Source: Omnitrophica WOR_2 bacterium RIFOXYA2_FULL_38_17 (lineage in GTDB: Bacteria > Omnitrophota > Gorgyraeia > Zapsychrales > Zapsychraceae). From it: a stretch of 64,000 nucleotides of DNA. Positions 41,945 through 53,249 of this stretch are shown one piece after another. Below the pieces are notes generated by a model. The model had not been told where the DNA came from, made no database searches, and saw nothing but the letters and a program-made list of their open reading frames with translations. How positions within the stretch are numbered: position 1 is the first letter of the stretch; each line of letters starts with the position of its first letter. A program made the position numbers and the translations under genes. The stretch lies in the NCBI GenBank assembly GCA_001805965.1, contig MHHG01000027.1:477-64476 (forward strand), given 5' to 3'.

Positions 41945-44398
41945 ATGAGAGACTTATCAAATAGAGAAAAGATAGTGCCCGTTTATATAGAAGAAGAGAT
42001 GAAGCAATCATATCTTGCTTATTCTATGAGCGTTATTGTTGGGCGCGCGCTTCCGGATGTGCGGGATGGGTTAAAGCCGGTCCATAGACGAGTTTTATAT
42101 GCAATGAAAGAGCTTAGCCTTGAACACAGCAAGCCGTATAAGAAATGTGCGCGTATTGTCGGTGAGGTATTAGGTAAGTATCATCCTCATGGAGATACTG
42201 CGGTTTATGATACCCTGGTTAGAATGGTGCAGGATTTTTCTTTAAGATATCCTCTTATAGATGGCCAAGGCAACTTTGGATCTATAGACGGAGATTCTGC
42301 TGCTGCTATGCGCTATACGGAGGCCAGGATGGCTTCTATTTCAGGCGAAATGCTGAAAGACATTGATAAAGAAACGGTCAGTTATGCTCCTAACTTTGAT
42401 GCTACATTACAAGAGCCGGTTGTTTTACCGGCAACTTTGCCAAATCTTTTGATAAATGGATCAAGTGGTATAGCTGTAGGAATGGCAACAAATATGCCTC
42501 CACACAACATCTCGGAAGCAGTTGACGCTGCTATTTTTCTTATTGATAACCCTGATGCACTTGTAAAACAATTAAACAAGATAGTTACCGGTCCTGATTT
42601 TCCGACGGGCGGTATTATTTGTGGGCGCCAGGGCATAGTAGATGCTTATAATACAGGCCGCGGCAAAATAATAGTTCGCGCAAAAGCGAACATTGAAAGA
42701 CAAAAAGGCAATAAAGACAGGATCATTATTTCGGAGATACCTTATCAGGTTAACAAGGCAAGATTGATAGAGTCGATCGCAGAGCTAGTGTCAACCAAAA
42801 AAATAGATGGCATTACCGATCTAAGAGATGAGTCCGACAAAGAAGGCATTCGTATAGTTATAGAGTTGCGCAGGGATGTAGAACCGCAAATAATTTTGAA
42901 CTATTTGTTTAAACATACGCAAATGGAAACAACTTTTGGCATTATCAACCTTGCATTGGTTAACAATAGCCCAAAGGTTTTGAATTTAAAACAGATTTTA
43001 GTCCATTTTTTGAACCACAGAAGGATAGTTGTTAGAAAGAGAACAGAGTTTGACCTTGATAAGGCCTTGCGCAGGGCTCATGTTTTGGAAGGATTAAAGA
43101 TAGCACTAGACAATATTAACCAGGTCATTAAAACCATCAGGGAATCGAAAAGTACGCCTCTTGCAAAAGTTGCCTTGATGAAAGGCTTTGGGCTTTCAGA
43201 GATCCAGTCCCAGGCAATCTTAGAAATGCAGTTGCAAAGGTTGACCGCGCTTGAAAGAAACAAGATAGACGAAGAATACAAAGCGCTGCTTAAAGACATA
43301 GAGAATTACCGGGCTATTTTAGAATCTGAAAAAATGATAGATGATATTATTAAAGGAGAGCTTGTTGATATAAAGAAAAAATATGGCGATGAGAGAAGAA
43401 CAGAAATTGCCGGCAAGGCTGAAGAGATTGAAATAGAAGACCTTATCGCCGAGGAAGAAATGGCGATAACCATAAGCAATACCGGCTATATTAAAAGATT
43501 AGCAGTGTCTTCATATCGTAACCAGAAAAGAGGCGGCAAAGGGGTATCTGCAATGACAACAAGAGAAGAGGACTTTGTTAAACATCTATTTATTGCCTCT
43601 TCTAAAGATTATCTTTTGATATTTTCTAATAAAGGGATTGTAAGATGGCTCAAGGTTTATGAAATCCCTGTAGCCTCGCGAAATGCAAAAGGCAAGAATA
43701 TTATCAACCTGTTGTCTCTTGAACAAGATGAAGAAATAAGTTCGATTGTTGCTGTTAAAGAATTTTTTGATGACCAGTTCTTGGTTATGTCGACAGCAAA
43801 GGGTAATATAAAAAAGACAAAATTATCAGCTTTCAGCAATCCTAGAAAAAGCGGAATAGTTGCGATCAGCCTAGATAAAGGGGATCGGCTGATAGGCATT
43901 TCTTTAAGTAATGGAAGGCATGAAATTTTGTTGGCTACAAGAGAAGGAAAGGCGTTGCGGTTTAATGAAAAGCACATTCGCGATATGGGCCGTGCTGCAA
44001 GAGGAGTAAAGGGAATTAATCTGGCTAAGGATGATGAGGTCGTAAGCCTTCAGGTTTTTTCATCAGATATTGGTAAAACTGGAAGCACTTTGTTAACAGT
44101 TTCATCAGGAGGCTTTGCGAAGAGGTCAGATTTTAATGATTATCGGGTACAGGCTAGAGGAGGCAAAGGTATTATTAACTTGAAGGTAACTCCCAAGAAT
44201 GGGAATGTTGTTGGTGTTCTGGCTGTAATGACTGAAGATGAAATCATGACAGTTACAAAGACTGGGATGATAGTTCGCTGCTCTACAAAGGATATTCGTA
44301 AATCAGGCAGAAGCACGCAGGGGGTTAAGCTTATTGTGTTGAAAAGCGGAGATAGGGTCAGCTCTGTTGCGAATGTTGTGGCAAAAGAAGCTGAATAA
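41945..44398 (+). CDS. gyrA: DNA gyrase subunit A
   Basis: YHPHGD, AAMRYTE, GyrA box QKRGGKG. Confidence 0.97.
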   Translation: MRDLSNREKIVPVYIEEEMKQSYLAYSMSVIVGRALPDVRDGLKPVHRRVLYAMKELSLEHSKPYKKCARIVGEVLGKYHPHGDTAVYDTLVRMVQDFSLRYPLIDGQGNFGSIDGDSAAAMRYTEARMASISGEMLKDIDKETVSYAPNFDATLQEPVVLPATLPNLLINGSSGIAVGMATNMPPHNISEAVDAAIFLIDNPDALVKQLNKIVTGPDFPTGGIICGRQGIVDAYNTGRGKIIVRAKANIERQKGNKDRIIISEIPYQVNKARLIESIAELVSTKKIDGITDLRDESDKEGIRIVIELRRDVEPQIILNYLFKHTQMETTFGIINLALVNNSPKVLNLKQILVHFLNHRRIVVRKRTEFDLDKALRRAHVLEGLKIALDNINQVIKTIRESKSTPLAKVALMKGFGLSEIQSQAILEMQLQRLTALERNKIDEEYKALLKDIENYRAILESEKMIDDIIKGELVDIKKKYGDERRTEIAGKAEEIEIEDLIAEEEMAITISNTGYIKRLAVSSYRNQKRGGKGVSAMTTREEDFVKHLFIASSKDYLLIFSNKGIVRWLKVYEIPVASRNAKGKNIINLLSLEQDEEISSIVAVKEFFDDQFLVMSTAKGNIKKTKLSAFSNPRKSGIVAISLDKGDRLIGISLSNGRHEILLATREGKALRFNEKHIRDMGRAARGVKGINLAKDDEVVSLQVFSSDIGKTGSTLLTVSSGGFAKRSDFNDYRVQARGGKGIINLKVTPKNGNVVGVLAVMTEDEIMTVTKTGMIVRCSTKDIRKSGRSTQGVKLIVLKSGDRVSSVANVVAKEAE

Positions 44399-44513
44399 GC
44401 AAGAAGCGTTAAAGCCTACAAAATTGTGCTGTGCGCGATTTTTTGTTGAATGCAACAATATAGATGTTTTTATTCTTCAGTTAAAAGCTGCGCCGCGAAG
44501 CGAGTTTTTTTGC

Positions 44514-44541
44514 TTGACGTATTAAGGTTTTTGAATATAAT
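44514..44541 (+). promoter_or_regulatory. Sigma70-type promoter of tRNA-Glu
   Basis: TTGACG-N16-TATAAT. Confidence 0.7.
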
Positions 44542-44565
44542 TAATGGCCTGACAGAGAATACTAA

Positions 44566-44639
44566 GACCCCATCGTCCAGCCTGGTCAGGACACAAGCTT
44601 TTCAAGCTTGCGACGCGGGTTCAAATCCCGCTGGGGTCG
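44566..44639 (+). tRNA. tRNA-Glu(TTC)
   Basis: GACCCCA...CAAGC-TT-TTC-AA-GCTTG...GGTTCAAATCC...TGGGGTCG. Confidence 0.93.
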
Positions 44640-44646
44640 TTAAATA

Positions 44647-44678
44647 AAAAAAGCCTGCTCTAAAGAGCAGGCTTTTTT
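44647..44678. terminator. Intrinsic (bidirectional) terminator
   Basis: A-tract-GCCTGCTC-TAAA-GAGCAGGC-T-tract. Confidence 0.85.
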
Positions 44679-44843
44679 ATTTTATAACGCACCCTACTAT
44701 AGGCCCAAGGCAATAAATATTAGTATTTAACAGGAGACAAAGGTATCTTTTTGAAAAAAGTATTTGCCAAAAAACAACATATGTTTTAAAAATAAAAAAG
44801 CAGGATAGAACAAGCCAAGAGTTGTGTTCGGAGAAAACAATCA

Positions 44844-46034
44844 ATGGCTGGAATTAAAAAAAAGAATAAGTTTGGATTTGCCGCTTTCTTAATTGGAGTG
44901 ATTGTTTTAGAAATCTTCTCGTTTGGAGGGCTTTGTTTTGTTAAGTATTTCAAGAGAATGGAATATATAACAAAAAATTTCAAACTCTCGAGGCGACAAG
45001 AACAGTATATTAAAGATATGCTTTTAGATAAAATAAAATATTTAAATTATGATAAAGATTTAGGCTGGAATTTGAAGGCGCACGGAAAAAGCGGTAAATT
45101 CAAAGCAAATGGACAGAGCATAAGGGCTTATAAAGAATACAGCCAACTGCCGAAAGAAGGCATTTTAAGGATTGCTGCCTTTGGGGATTCTTTTGCTCAT
45201 TGTGACGAGGTTGCTAATAATGAGACCTGGCAGCATTTTATGGAGAAGAAATCTCCGGATATGGAAGTGCTGAATTTTGGAGTAAGCGGCTATGGCCTTG
45301 ATCAGGCTTATTTGAGATATTTAAAAGAAGGGCGCAAATTTCATCCGCATATTGTTTTTATATGTTTTATGCAAAATGATTATTTCCGGCATGTAAATGT
45401 CTTTAGGCCCTTTTATAACAACAATACAGGCGTTCCCTTGACGAAGCCACGTTTTACAATTGTTAATAAAAAACTCATTTTGATCAAAAATCCAATAGGG
45501 ACAAAAGAAGGCTTAGCAAGAATTATATCTCGAGAAAAACAATATTTTGCTTTGTTGGGGCAATATGATTATTATTGGCAGGTATTGCCTGAAAAATCAT
45601 TATTCGATATTTTTGCTTCAGTTAGGCTAGTTAAGATATTAATGAAAATGTATTTAGCAAATGAAAATTTTCTTTATCAAGACAATATTTATAATCCTGA
45701 TTCAGAGGCTTTTAAATTGACCGAGAAAATAGTTGATGATTTTTATGCAGAGGTTGAGCGTAATGGGTCTATCCCGGTCATAGTTGTTTTTCCTGATAAA
45801 GTTGCATTAAAGCTTTATGGCCTATTGCATAAAAGACTTTATGACCGCCTTGTAGAGAAATGGAAAGATAATGGATATAATTATATAGACCTAATGGGCA
45901 ATTTTTTGCTGGAAACAGCGCCAGATAACATTAACAGCCTTTTTGCTACAAAAGGGCATTATAATAGACAAGGGAACAGCTATGTTGCAGGGCAACTCAT
46001 CAACTATCTGCAGAGAAAAAAGCTTCTTGAGTAA
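44844..46034 (+). CDS. SGNH/GDSL hydrolase-family membrane-anchored protein
   Basis: FGDSFA, NFGVSGYG, ND, C-terminal GHYN-x-x-GN. Confidence 0.8.
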   Translation: MAGIKKKNKFGFAAFLIGVIVLEIFSFGGLCFVKYFKRMEYITKNFKLSRRQEQYIKDMLLDKIKYLNYDKDLGWNLKAHGKSGKFKANGQSIRAYKEYSQLPKEGILRIAAFGDSFAHCDEVANNETWQHFMEKKSPDMEVLNFGVSGYGLDQAYLRYLKEGRKFHPHIVFICFMQNDYFRHVNVFRPFYNNNTGVPLTKPRFTIVNKKLILIKNPIGTKEGLARIISREKQYFALLGQYDYYWQVLPEKSLFDIFASVRLVKILMKMYLANENFLYQDNIYNPDSEAFKLTEKIVDDFYAEVERNGSIPVIVVFPDKVALKLYGLLHKRLYDRLVEKWKDNGYNYIDLMGNFLLETAPDNINSLFATKGHYNRQGNSYVAGQLINYLQRKKLLE

Positions 46035-46145
46035 ACTAGGGAGATTTTGATCGCCATCGTTTTTTTAACTATTTAATTACAAAAATCAAGATATTGTTGT
46101 AAAGTATTAATAAGATTCTTCATATTAAATATTCCTTATTAAAAA

Positions 46146-47771
46146 ATGTATAAGACCATTATTTGTCATATCCTGGGATGGCTTCTATTATCGACCTCAA
46201 TGGCTTTTGCCAATAATATTGAAATAGAGAATGTTTCTTTAGCTGATAAGGATGCCGTAGGTAACACCTATGATATCGAATTCGACATCAGCTGGGATAA
46301 TTCCTGGTATTATGGTTCATCCTCCCCTGACAATTATGACGCTGCCTGGGTTTTCGCCAAGTTCTCAAAGTATTCCGGAGGGGCCTGGTCAGAATGGGCA
46401 CACTGTACTCTTAGCTCAAACGATACGGATCATGTTGCTCCGGCAGGATCGACAATTGATGTTGGTTTAACAACTACAGGAAAAGGTGTTTTTATTCATC
46501 GTGATTCCCCGGGCAACGGTTCAAACAATTGGGACAATGCACAGATACGATGGGCATATGGCGCTGATGGTGTTGGTGATTTTGAAAACGTAAGAATAAA
46601 AGTCTTTGGCATTGAAATGGTTTATGTCCCACAAGGGCCTTTTTATATTGGCGATACGGATAATGATCAGAACGGCAATTTTTTTACAGCAGATGGTTCT
46701 TTTGTCGAAGATGAGGTAGGCTTGCCCCAGTATACAATCACTTCGGAGGGAGCAATTACTGTAGGAACGACAGCGGGCAATTTATATTATGATGCGGAGA
46801 CCGGCAATACAGGCGATCAAGCAGGGCCCATTCCTGCTCTTTTTCCTAAGGGATATAATGATTTTTATATAATGAAATATGAGCTGACCCAAGGGCAGTA
46901 TGTGGATTTTTTAAATACTTTAAACGGAACACAGCAGGCTAACCGTATTTCAGCAGTAACTGCAGGGACCTTTATGGACGATGTTGCGCCTGGCGCAGGA
47001 GCACCTCAGGACCGCAATGGCGTTGTATGTAAGGTTGCGCCGGTTAGCGCAAAGCCAGGAGTTTATGCTAACGACCTTGATAATGATGGTGTTTACAATG
47101 AATCAACTGATGGAAAATGGATCGCAGCGAATTATCTTTCTTGGATGGATGGGGCGGCTTATGCGGATTGGGCGGCTTTACGTCCATTTACAGAGTTGGA
47201 ATTTGAAAAGGCGGCAAGAGGCCCACAGTTGATGGTTGATGATGAATATGCTTGGGGGTCAACGGAGATAACACAGGCAGAAGGAAATCCGCCTACAAAT
47301 TTTGGAGAGGCCTCAGAAGTGCCAACAACAACGGGTAATGGGCTTTGTAATTATGATGGTGCGGGAACAGACACAATAGGGCCACTACGCGTAGGATTTG
47401 CGGCTACAGGTGCAACAAATAGGATACAATCCGGTGGCGGATATTATGGGGCAATGGAGCTTTCGGGGAACGTATGGGAACAGCCCGTTACTGTGGGCAA
47501 TGACACACTAGGGCCTCAGGTCGGTGGCAGGGCCTTTGATGGCGCTCAGGGAAATGGAGCGTTGTCAGCAGGCGGATTTGCGGATGTGGAAACTTGGCCG
47601 GGATATAATACAGGCACGACAATAGTCGATGGGGCGCGTGGTAGTGGTCTTCGTGGCGGTGGATGGGCGAATTCAACCTATAATCTCGTTTCAGATCGAC
47701 AATTCTCGGCGCTCGGGTCTTCGGACAGGCAACTCCATATTGGATTCCGGTGTGCAAGGACAGCGCCATAA
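46146..47771 (+). CDS. Secreted FGE-sulfatase/SUMF1 (C-type-lectin-fold) domain protein
   Basis: Signal peptide; MVYVPQGPF, MKYELTQGQY, TELEFEKAARG, ELSGNVWE, RGGGW...GFRCAR. Confidence 0.85.
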   Translation: MYKTIICHILGWLLLSTSMAFANNIEIENVSLADKDAVGNTYDIEFDISWDNSWYYGSSSPDNYDAAWVFAKFSKYSGGAWSEWAHCTLSSNDTDHVAPAGSTIDVGLTTTGKGVFIHRDSPGNGSNNWDNAQIRWAYGADGVGDFENVRIKVFGIEMVYVPQGPFYIGDTDNDQNGNFFTADGSFVEDEVGLPQYTITSEGAITVGTTAGNLYYDAETGNTGDQAGPIPALFPKGYNDFYIMKYELTQGQYVDFLNTLNGTQQANRISAVTAGTFMDDVAPGAGAPQDRNGVVCKVAPVSAKPGVYANDLDNDGVYNESTDGKWIAANYLSWMDGAAYADWAALRPFTELEFEKAARGPQLMVDDEYAWGSTEITQAEGNPPTNFGEASEVPTTTGNGLCNYDGAGTDTIGPLRVGFAATGATNRIQSGGGYYGAMELSGNVWEQPVTVGNDTLGPQVGGRAFDGAQGNGALSAGGFADVETWPGYNTGTTIVDGARGSGLRGGGWANSTYNLVSDRQFSALGSSDRQLHIGFRCARTAP

Positions 47772-47785
47772 AAGGTTATTAAAAT

Positions 47786-48736
47786 ATGTTAGATCTGTAT
47801 TTTTATGAGGCTTTTAGAGAAGAGGAAGCGGCAATAAAAAGATATTTGCCCAACGGGATCAGTGCAGGATTTACATGGAAAACTATTCAGGAGAACGGAG
47901 ACAGGGAGCTGCCCTCAAAGCTAATAAGTATTAGAACACAGTCTAGAATACCTCTGGAATGGGCAAAAGATCTTGACGGCATTTTAACTAGAAGCCAGGG
48001 GTACGATCATTTATTGCAATATGTGAAGGATTCAGGTGTAGATGTAAATTTTAAATATCTCGAGGGATATTGTTCCAGGGCAGTTGCAGAGCATGCGGTT
48101 TTTGTAATGATGTGTCTTTTTAGGAAGCTAAAGGCGCAGATAAAGAACTTTGATGTATTTCATCGTGAAGGATTAACTGGTATGGAGTGCAAGGGACATA
48201 AGGCCCTGGTTGTAGGTGTTGGAAGAATAGGAAGAGAGATAGTAGACTGTTTGTTGGGGCTTAAAATGGAGGTAAAAGGCGTAGATATTGACCCAAAGGA
48301 CCACAGGGTGGAGTATGTTTCTCTGGAAGAAGGCGTGGTTGAGGCAGATGTGGTCTTTTGCGCTTTGCCGCTGACCAAAGAGACTGATAAATTGTTTAAT
48401 GTTGCCGCCTTTGAAAAAGCCAAAAAAGGAATTGTTTTAGTCAACGTTTCGAGGGGAGAGATTTCGCCAATTGGAGATATCAAAATAATGCTCGAAAATG
48501 GGGTTCTTGGAGGAGCAGGTTTGGATGTTTATTGCTGTGAAAAAGGGTTGGCAGATTATCTTCGTGGTCATAGTGATACGGCTTCGGATGAGGTGAAGCT
48601 AGTGTGTGAATTAAAAAACAGGGAAAATGTTGTTTTTACGCCGCATAACGCCTTTAACACCTTTGAGGCTGTCGAAGAAAAAGCAAGACAAAGCGTAGAG
48701 GCTGTTGTTCATTTTATCAGGAAAGGGAAATGGTAA
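47786..48736 (+). CDS. D-isomer-specific 2-hydroxyacid dehydrogenase (D-lactate dehydrogenase-like)
   Basis: RSQGYDH, GVGRIG, VNVSRG, LDV, TPHNAFNT. Confidence 0.85.
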   Translation: MLDLYFYEAFREEEAAIKRYLPNGISAGFTWKTIQENGDRELPSKLISIRTQSRIPLEWAKDLDGILTRSQGYDHLLQYVKDSGVDVNFKYLEGYCSRAVAEHAVFVMMCLFRKLKAQIKNFDVFHREGLTGMECKGHKALVVGVGRIGREIVDCLLGLKMEVKGVDIDPKDHRVEYVSLEEGVVEADVVFCALPLTKETDKLFNVAAFEKAKKGIVLVNVSRGEISPIGDIKIMLENGVLGGAGLDVYCCEKGLADYLRGHSDTASDEVKLVCELKNRENVVFTPHNAFNTFEAVEEKARQSVEAVVHFIRKGKW

Positions 48737-48740
48737 TAAA

Positions 48741-49394
48741 ATGTTAAAGATATATGGGGCAGACCTCTCGTCGCCAAGCAATAAAGTTAGAATGGCTGCT
48801 AATAAATTAGGGCTAAAATATGAATACATTTTAGTTGAGCTTCGTAATAAGCAACATAAAGAACAGTGGTTTTTGGATATTAATCCGGTAGGGAAAATAC
48901 CTGTTATTGATGATAATGGTTTTATTCTTTTTGAAAGTGATGCGATCATTAAATATCTTGCAAAAAAACAGAATTCGGAGATTTATCCTTCTGATCTGCG
49001 GCAGCAGGCATTAATAGACCAATGGATGGATTTTACTGCTATTCATATAGGCGGCGCTATGAGCAGGGTATTGTTTAACAGGGTTTTTGCTAAATTTGCC
49101 AAAGAAGAGGTTGATGAAATGTCCCTTAAGGCTGGTTTGAACTTTTTGCACAGGTTTTTACCAGTTGTGGATAAACAGCTTAAAGATAACCCCTATATAG
49201 CGGGAGAACTCTTTTCTTTGGCGGATATAGCCCTTCTAGCGACTCTTGATCCTGCAGAGGTAGGTGGTGTCAGCATTGAAAAGCATGAAAATATTGTAAA
49301 ATGGAGACAAGTTTTAAAAAAGCAGGCTTTTTATTTGCAATGCCATAAGGATTATGGGGAAAAAATGAAAGAAATTTTTAAGGGCAAGATATAG
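48741..49394 (+). CDS. Glutathione S-transferase family protein
   Basis: INPVGKIPVIDD...LFESDAIIKYL, YIAGELFSLADI; ATG at 48741. Confidence 0.9.
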   Translation: MLKIYGADLSSPSNKVRMAANKLGLKYEYILVELRNKQHKEQWFLDINPVGKIPVIDDNGFILFESDAIIKYLAKKQNSEIYPSDLRQQALIDQWMDFTAIHIGGAMSRVLFNRVFAKFAKEEVDEMSLKAGLNFLHRFLPVVDKQLKDNPYIAGELFSLADIALLATLDPAEVGGVSIEKHENIVKWRQVLKKQAFYLQCHKDYGEKMKEIFKGKI

Positions 49395-49426
49395 TTAACA
49401 GCACGACGCATCTAACTGAGGATAAA

Positions 49427-50218
49427 ATGAAAATAGCGGTAATTCAATTCAATGCAGGAGCAAATAAAGAAAACAATATTGAAAGAGCTTGTTTTTTTGT
49501 GGAAAAAGCCATTTCAAAACAAGCTAAATTCATTTTGCTTCCCGAAGTTTTTGTTTTTAGGGGGAACTTAGCCGCAAAGAGAGTTTTGTCTAAAGTTGCT
49601 GAAAGCATCGAGGGTAACACGATCAAAAAACTTTCTTTAATTGCAAAGAAAAACAAGGTTGCAGTTTTGGCAGGCTCGATATATGAAAAAATTTACAGAT
49701 CGAAAAAGGTTTATAATTTATCCGTTCTTATCGGGCCAGACGGCAAGATTGCTGCAAAATATAGAAAAATAAATCTTTTTGATGCAAATGTTGACGGGCA
49801 AAGAATAAGAGAGGCAAATATTTTTAAGCCAGGAGACAACAAGGCGATCGCAAAAGTTGGAGGAATGAAAGCAGGATTATCCATTTGCTTTGACCTAAGG
49901 TATCCTGAGCTGTACAGATATTATTGTTTAAAAGGCGCAGAAATTTTATGCGTTCCGTCGGCATTTACACACACAACAGGAAAAGATCATTGGGAAACGC
50001 TGTTAAGGGCCAGGGCAATAGAAAACAAATGTTTTGTTTTGGCGCCAAACCAAATTGGCAAGAACGGACAAGGCGTTTTGTGTTACGGCAACAGTATGAT
50101 AGTTGACCCTTGGGGAAAGATTTTAGCAAGGGCATCTAATAATAAGGAAGAAATTATTTATGCGGATATAAACAAAGAAGCAATAATCAAAGTAAGGACA
50201 GTCTTAGGAAGGAAGTAG
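49427..50218 (+). CDS. Carbon-nitrogen hydrolase (Nit1/Nit2-like amidase)
   Basis: E-K-C triad: [20 protein letters not shown]; [18 protein letters not shown]. Confidence 0.9.
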   Translation: MKIAVIQFNAGANKENNIERACFFVEKAISKQAKFILLPEVFVFRGNLAAKRVLSKVAESIEGNTIKKLSLIAKKNKVAVLAGSIYEKIYRSKKVYNLSVLIGPDGKIAAKYRKINLFDANVDGQRIREANIFKPGDNKAIAKVGGMKAGLSICFDLRYPELYRYYCLKGAEILCVPSAFTHTTGKDHWETLLRARAIENKCFVLAPNQIGKNGQGVLCYGNSMIVDPWGKILARASNNKEEIIYADINKEAIIKVRTVLGRK

Positions 50219-50220
50219 TT

Positions 50221-51204
50221 ATGGTAAAACAAAGGGTTAATGTTGCGGTTACTGGTGCTGCCGGGGCAATAGGATATGCATTGTTGTTTCGCATCGCCTC
50301 CGGGGAGATGTTTGGAAAAAGTGCGGAGATAAATTTAAGAATGTTAGAGGTCGAAGCGGCGATAGACAGGTTAGAGGGTGTTAAAATGGAAATACAGGAT
50401 TGCGCGTTTCCTCTTTTAAAATCTTTAGTTGCATCAAGCGATCCGGATGTTGTTTTTAAAGATGCTGATTGGGCTTTGCTAATTGGAAGCATGCCAAGAA
50501 AGGCCGGCATGGAAAGAAGCGAATTGTTAAAGATCAACGGATCAATTTTTACAGCGCAGGGAAAGAGCTTGTCTGAAAACGCAAAAGCAAGCTGTAAGGT
50601 TCTGGTTGTCGGAAATCCGTGTAATACAAATGCGTATATTGCAAAAGCTGCTGCAGCGAACCTTGATGGGAAAAATTTCTTTGCAATGACAATGCTAGAT
50701 CAGAACAGGGCTGCCGCGCAGCTTGCCTTGAAAGCGGGGGTTGATGTTTGTGCTGTAAAAAATATTGCTATCTGGGGGAATCATTCTTCTACACAGTATC
50801 CTGATTTTTTTAATGCCAAGATAGGGGATAAAAAAGTTGAGGAAGTTATTAAAGATGAAAATTGGCTAAAAGGAGAATTTATTGAAAAAGTGCAAACAAG
50901 AGGGGCGGCTATAATTAAAGCGAGAGGATTGTCGTCGGCGGCTTCTGCGGCAAACGCAGTAATAGATACTGTCAAACAACTAACAATCCCAACCAAAAAA
51001 GGCGAGTTTTTTTCAACAGCTGTTTGTTCAGACGGGAGCTATGGCATAGATAAGAATATAATGTTCAGCTATCCCATCAGATCTGATGGAACAGATTGGA
51101 AAATAGTTCAGGGGCTAGATATTACAGCATTTGCAGAAGAAAAAATTGAGATTACAAGAAAAGAGCTTCTGTCTGAGATACAATTGTGTAAAGAGCTGCT
51201 CTAG
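50221..51204 (+). CDS. mdh: Malate dehydrogenase (type 2)
   Basis: [44 protein letters not shown]. Confidence 0.95.
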   Translation: MVKQRVNVAVTGAAGAIGYALLFRIASGEMFGKSAEINLRMLEVEAAIDRLEGVKMEIQDCAFPLLKSLVASSDPDVVFKDADWALLIGSMPRKAGMERSELLKINGSIFTAQGKSLSENAKASCKVLVVGNPCNTNAYIAKAAAANLDGKNFFAMTMLDQNRAAAQLALKAGVDVCAVKNIAIWGNHSSTQYPDFFNAKIGDKKVEEVIKDENWLKGEFIEKVQTRGAAIIKARGLSSAASAANAVIDTVKQLTIPTKKGEFFSTAVCSDGSYGIDKNIMFSYPIRSDGTDWKIVQGLDITAFAEEKIEITRKELLSEIQLCKELL

Positions 51205-51351
51205 ATGTAATGCATTTTCCATTTAAAGGAATTAGTTATATTTTGCTGTTAAATTTTGGGAAATTGCCTTGAGTTTTGTTTTTAGGAAATGTATACTGTT
51301 AAATATATTATTAAAAATGTTCTATAATTGTTTAAAGGGAGGAATTATAAC

Positions 51352-52287
51352 GTGGAAAAAATACGTAAAAGATTTAATTTACTTGCTATATGTCTTGTCT
51401 GTGTCTTTTTCTTTGTAGGGTGTGAACAAATTGCAGCAATTAAAGCATATTTTACCGGCGAAGATGAAGCTGTTGACAAGGCACCGGTTGTAGAGCCTGT
51501 AAAAACTACGGTCGAACAGCCGGCAATGACGCCTGACACGATTGCAAGAGTCGGCAATTGGACAATTACAAGAGATGAATTTAAAGAAAGAGTAAAAGCC
51601 TTAAAGGAAGTTGTTCCTGACTTTGATGTGGATAGCGCAGAAGCAAGAAAGATGGTAATTGATGAGTTAGTTCGTCAGCAGCTTTTAGTTATTGATGCTG
51701 AAAAGACGGGGATAGCAAACAGTAAGGACATCAAAGATGCTGTTGCTGAATTTAGAAGAACTCTTATAGTTAGGGAAGCAGCACAAAAATTGGTAGAAGG
51801 CATTACGGTCACTGACGAAGAGGCTCAAGCTTTTTATGATGAGAATAAAGAGCAGTTGATTCAGCCGCCACAGTTTCATGTAAAAGAGATAGTTGTTCAA
51901 GACAGCACTTTGGCGGAAAAGATAGTCGCTGATTTAGCAAGTGGCGCAGATTTTTCAGAAAAGGCAAAAGAGCATTCAATTAGCACAACAGCAAAAGCCG
52001 GGGGGGATGTTGGCTTTATAGATTCTGTTCCTTTTGAAGCCATGGCTCCGATACTTATGGCTATGACAAAAGGTGAAGTAAGTAAAGTGGTTGCGGCGCC
52101 TACAGGTGAATTGTATATTGTTAAGCTTGAGGATAAGACAGAAGGAAGGCAATTAGAGTTTGCAGAAATAAAGGCCGATATTATTCAGAATCAAACTCTA
52201 TTAAAGCAGCAGCAAAAGTTATTAGAAAAACTTGAAACCTTGCAGAAAGAGATCAAGGTTGAAGTAAATTACGATCTTTTAAAATAA
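51352..52287 (+). CDS. PrsA/SurA-like parvulin peptidyl-prolyl isomerase lipoprotein
   Basis: GTG start after GGGAGG; lipobox FVGC; FSEKAKEHS...GGDVG parvulin motif. Confidence 0.8.
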   Translation: MEKIRKRFNLLAICLVCVFFFVGCEQIAAIKAYFTGEDEAVDKAPVVEPVKTTVEQPAMTPDTIARVGNWTITRDEFKERVKALKEVVPDFDVDSAEARKMVIDELVRQQLLVIDAEKTGIANSKDIKDAVAEFRRTLIVREAAQKLVEGITVTDEEAQAFYDENKEQLIQPPQFHVKEIVVQDSTLAEKIVADLASGADFSEKAKEHSISTTAKAGGDVGFIDSVPFEAMAPILMAMTKGEVSKVVAAPTGELYIVKLEDKTEGRQLEFAEIKADIIQNQTLLKQQQKLLEKLETLQKEIKVEVNYDLLK

Positions 52288-52400
52288 ATTTTTTGACCAA
52301 TTGATAATAGGTTTCTGTTTTTTTCCAAAAATAAGCTTTCTTGATGTTTAAGAATGCAGGTTTTTTTACACTGTTTTTGGATGGCAGAACGGAGGACACA

Positions 52401-53249
52401 ATGAATCTTGAAAACAAAAAACAGTTTGTTGTTATTCTTATAGCCATTGGGCTTGGTTTAGTTGCTGCGTTTTTAACTAGCCAATATGTCCAAAACAATA
52501 TTAAGGCTCAGACAAAGGCCTTGGCGCGAGATTATGGCAAACAAAATGCTGGTTTTGCAAAAGAGATTGAGACCTTAAGAAGCGAGGTCAAAAGACAGCG
52601 TGATGAGATCAAGCAGCTCGAAACAAAGCAAAGCCAATATAAACCAGGAGTTGCAGCGCAGGCTACAACTGAAAAGGTTCAGCCAGTTGTTCAGATGGAT
52701 TCTTTTTCAGTGAGAACGCCTCCTGGAAAACGAGCAGTTACTATTTTAGTTGATTCTCTATCGGCTGTTGGAGGGCTTATTAATCCAGGAGACTTCGTTG
52801 ATATTATCGGTGAGATAAAGATACCGGAAGAATCCGGTGATGCTAAGTCTGTAAAGGACGTGACCACTGTTTTATTCCAGAATATTCAAGTGCTGGCAGT
52901 TGGAACTAATTTTAAGCCTCTTGGAAGCGCTCCTGCTTATGAAGCACAGCAAAAGGCCAGATCCCTTAACATAACAGTTGCGATAAGTCCAGAAGAGTCA
53001 GGATTGATTGCCTTTGCTCAGGCAAATGGAAAATTACAGCTGACTTTAAGGCCGCCAACGGATGGTGGTTTGCAGCTGCTTCAGGTTGCCTCTTGGGATA
53101 CTTTAGCTGAATATGTTATGGACCACCAGGGAACAGAACTCATGGTTCCTCAAAAGCAAGCAAATATTTTTGAAGCAGATGACCAAGAAAAAGATGAAGT
53201 TCGTCCTTATATCCAGATTTTTAAATCAGGAGCAGAGTCTAATTTTTAG
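52401..53249 (+). CDS. cpaB: Flp pilus assembly protein CpaB/RcpC
   Basis: PPGKRAVTI-x-VD-x-x-SAVGGLINPGDFVDI, QNIQVLAVG, LQLTLR; ATG after GGAGG. Confidence 0.88.
   Translation: MNLENKKQFVVILIAIGLGLVAAFLTSQYVQNNIKAQTKALARDYGKQNAGFAKEIETLRSEVKRQRDEIKQLETKQSQYKPGVAAQATTEKVQPVVQMDSFSVRTPPGKRAVTILVDSLSAVGGLINPGDFVDIIGEIKIPEESGDAKSVKDVTTVLFQNIQVLAVGTNFKPLGSAPAYEAQQKARSLNITVAISPEESGLIAFAQANGKLQLTLRPPTDGGLQLLQVASWDTLAEYVMDHQGTELMVPQKQANIFEADDQEKDEVRPYIQIFKSGAESNF

Noticed and set aside
44146-44170. Second GyrA-box-like motif QARGGKG
   Set aside because: Expected from the repeated beta-pinwheel blades of the GyrA C-terminal domain.
44450-44647. 65-aa ORF after gyrA
   Set aside because: It overlaps the tRNA-Glu promoter and gene.
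44566-47771. Integrative element at tRNA-Glu
   Set aside because: No integrase and no duplicated tRNA 3' end were found.
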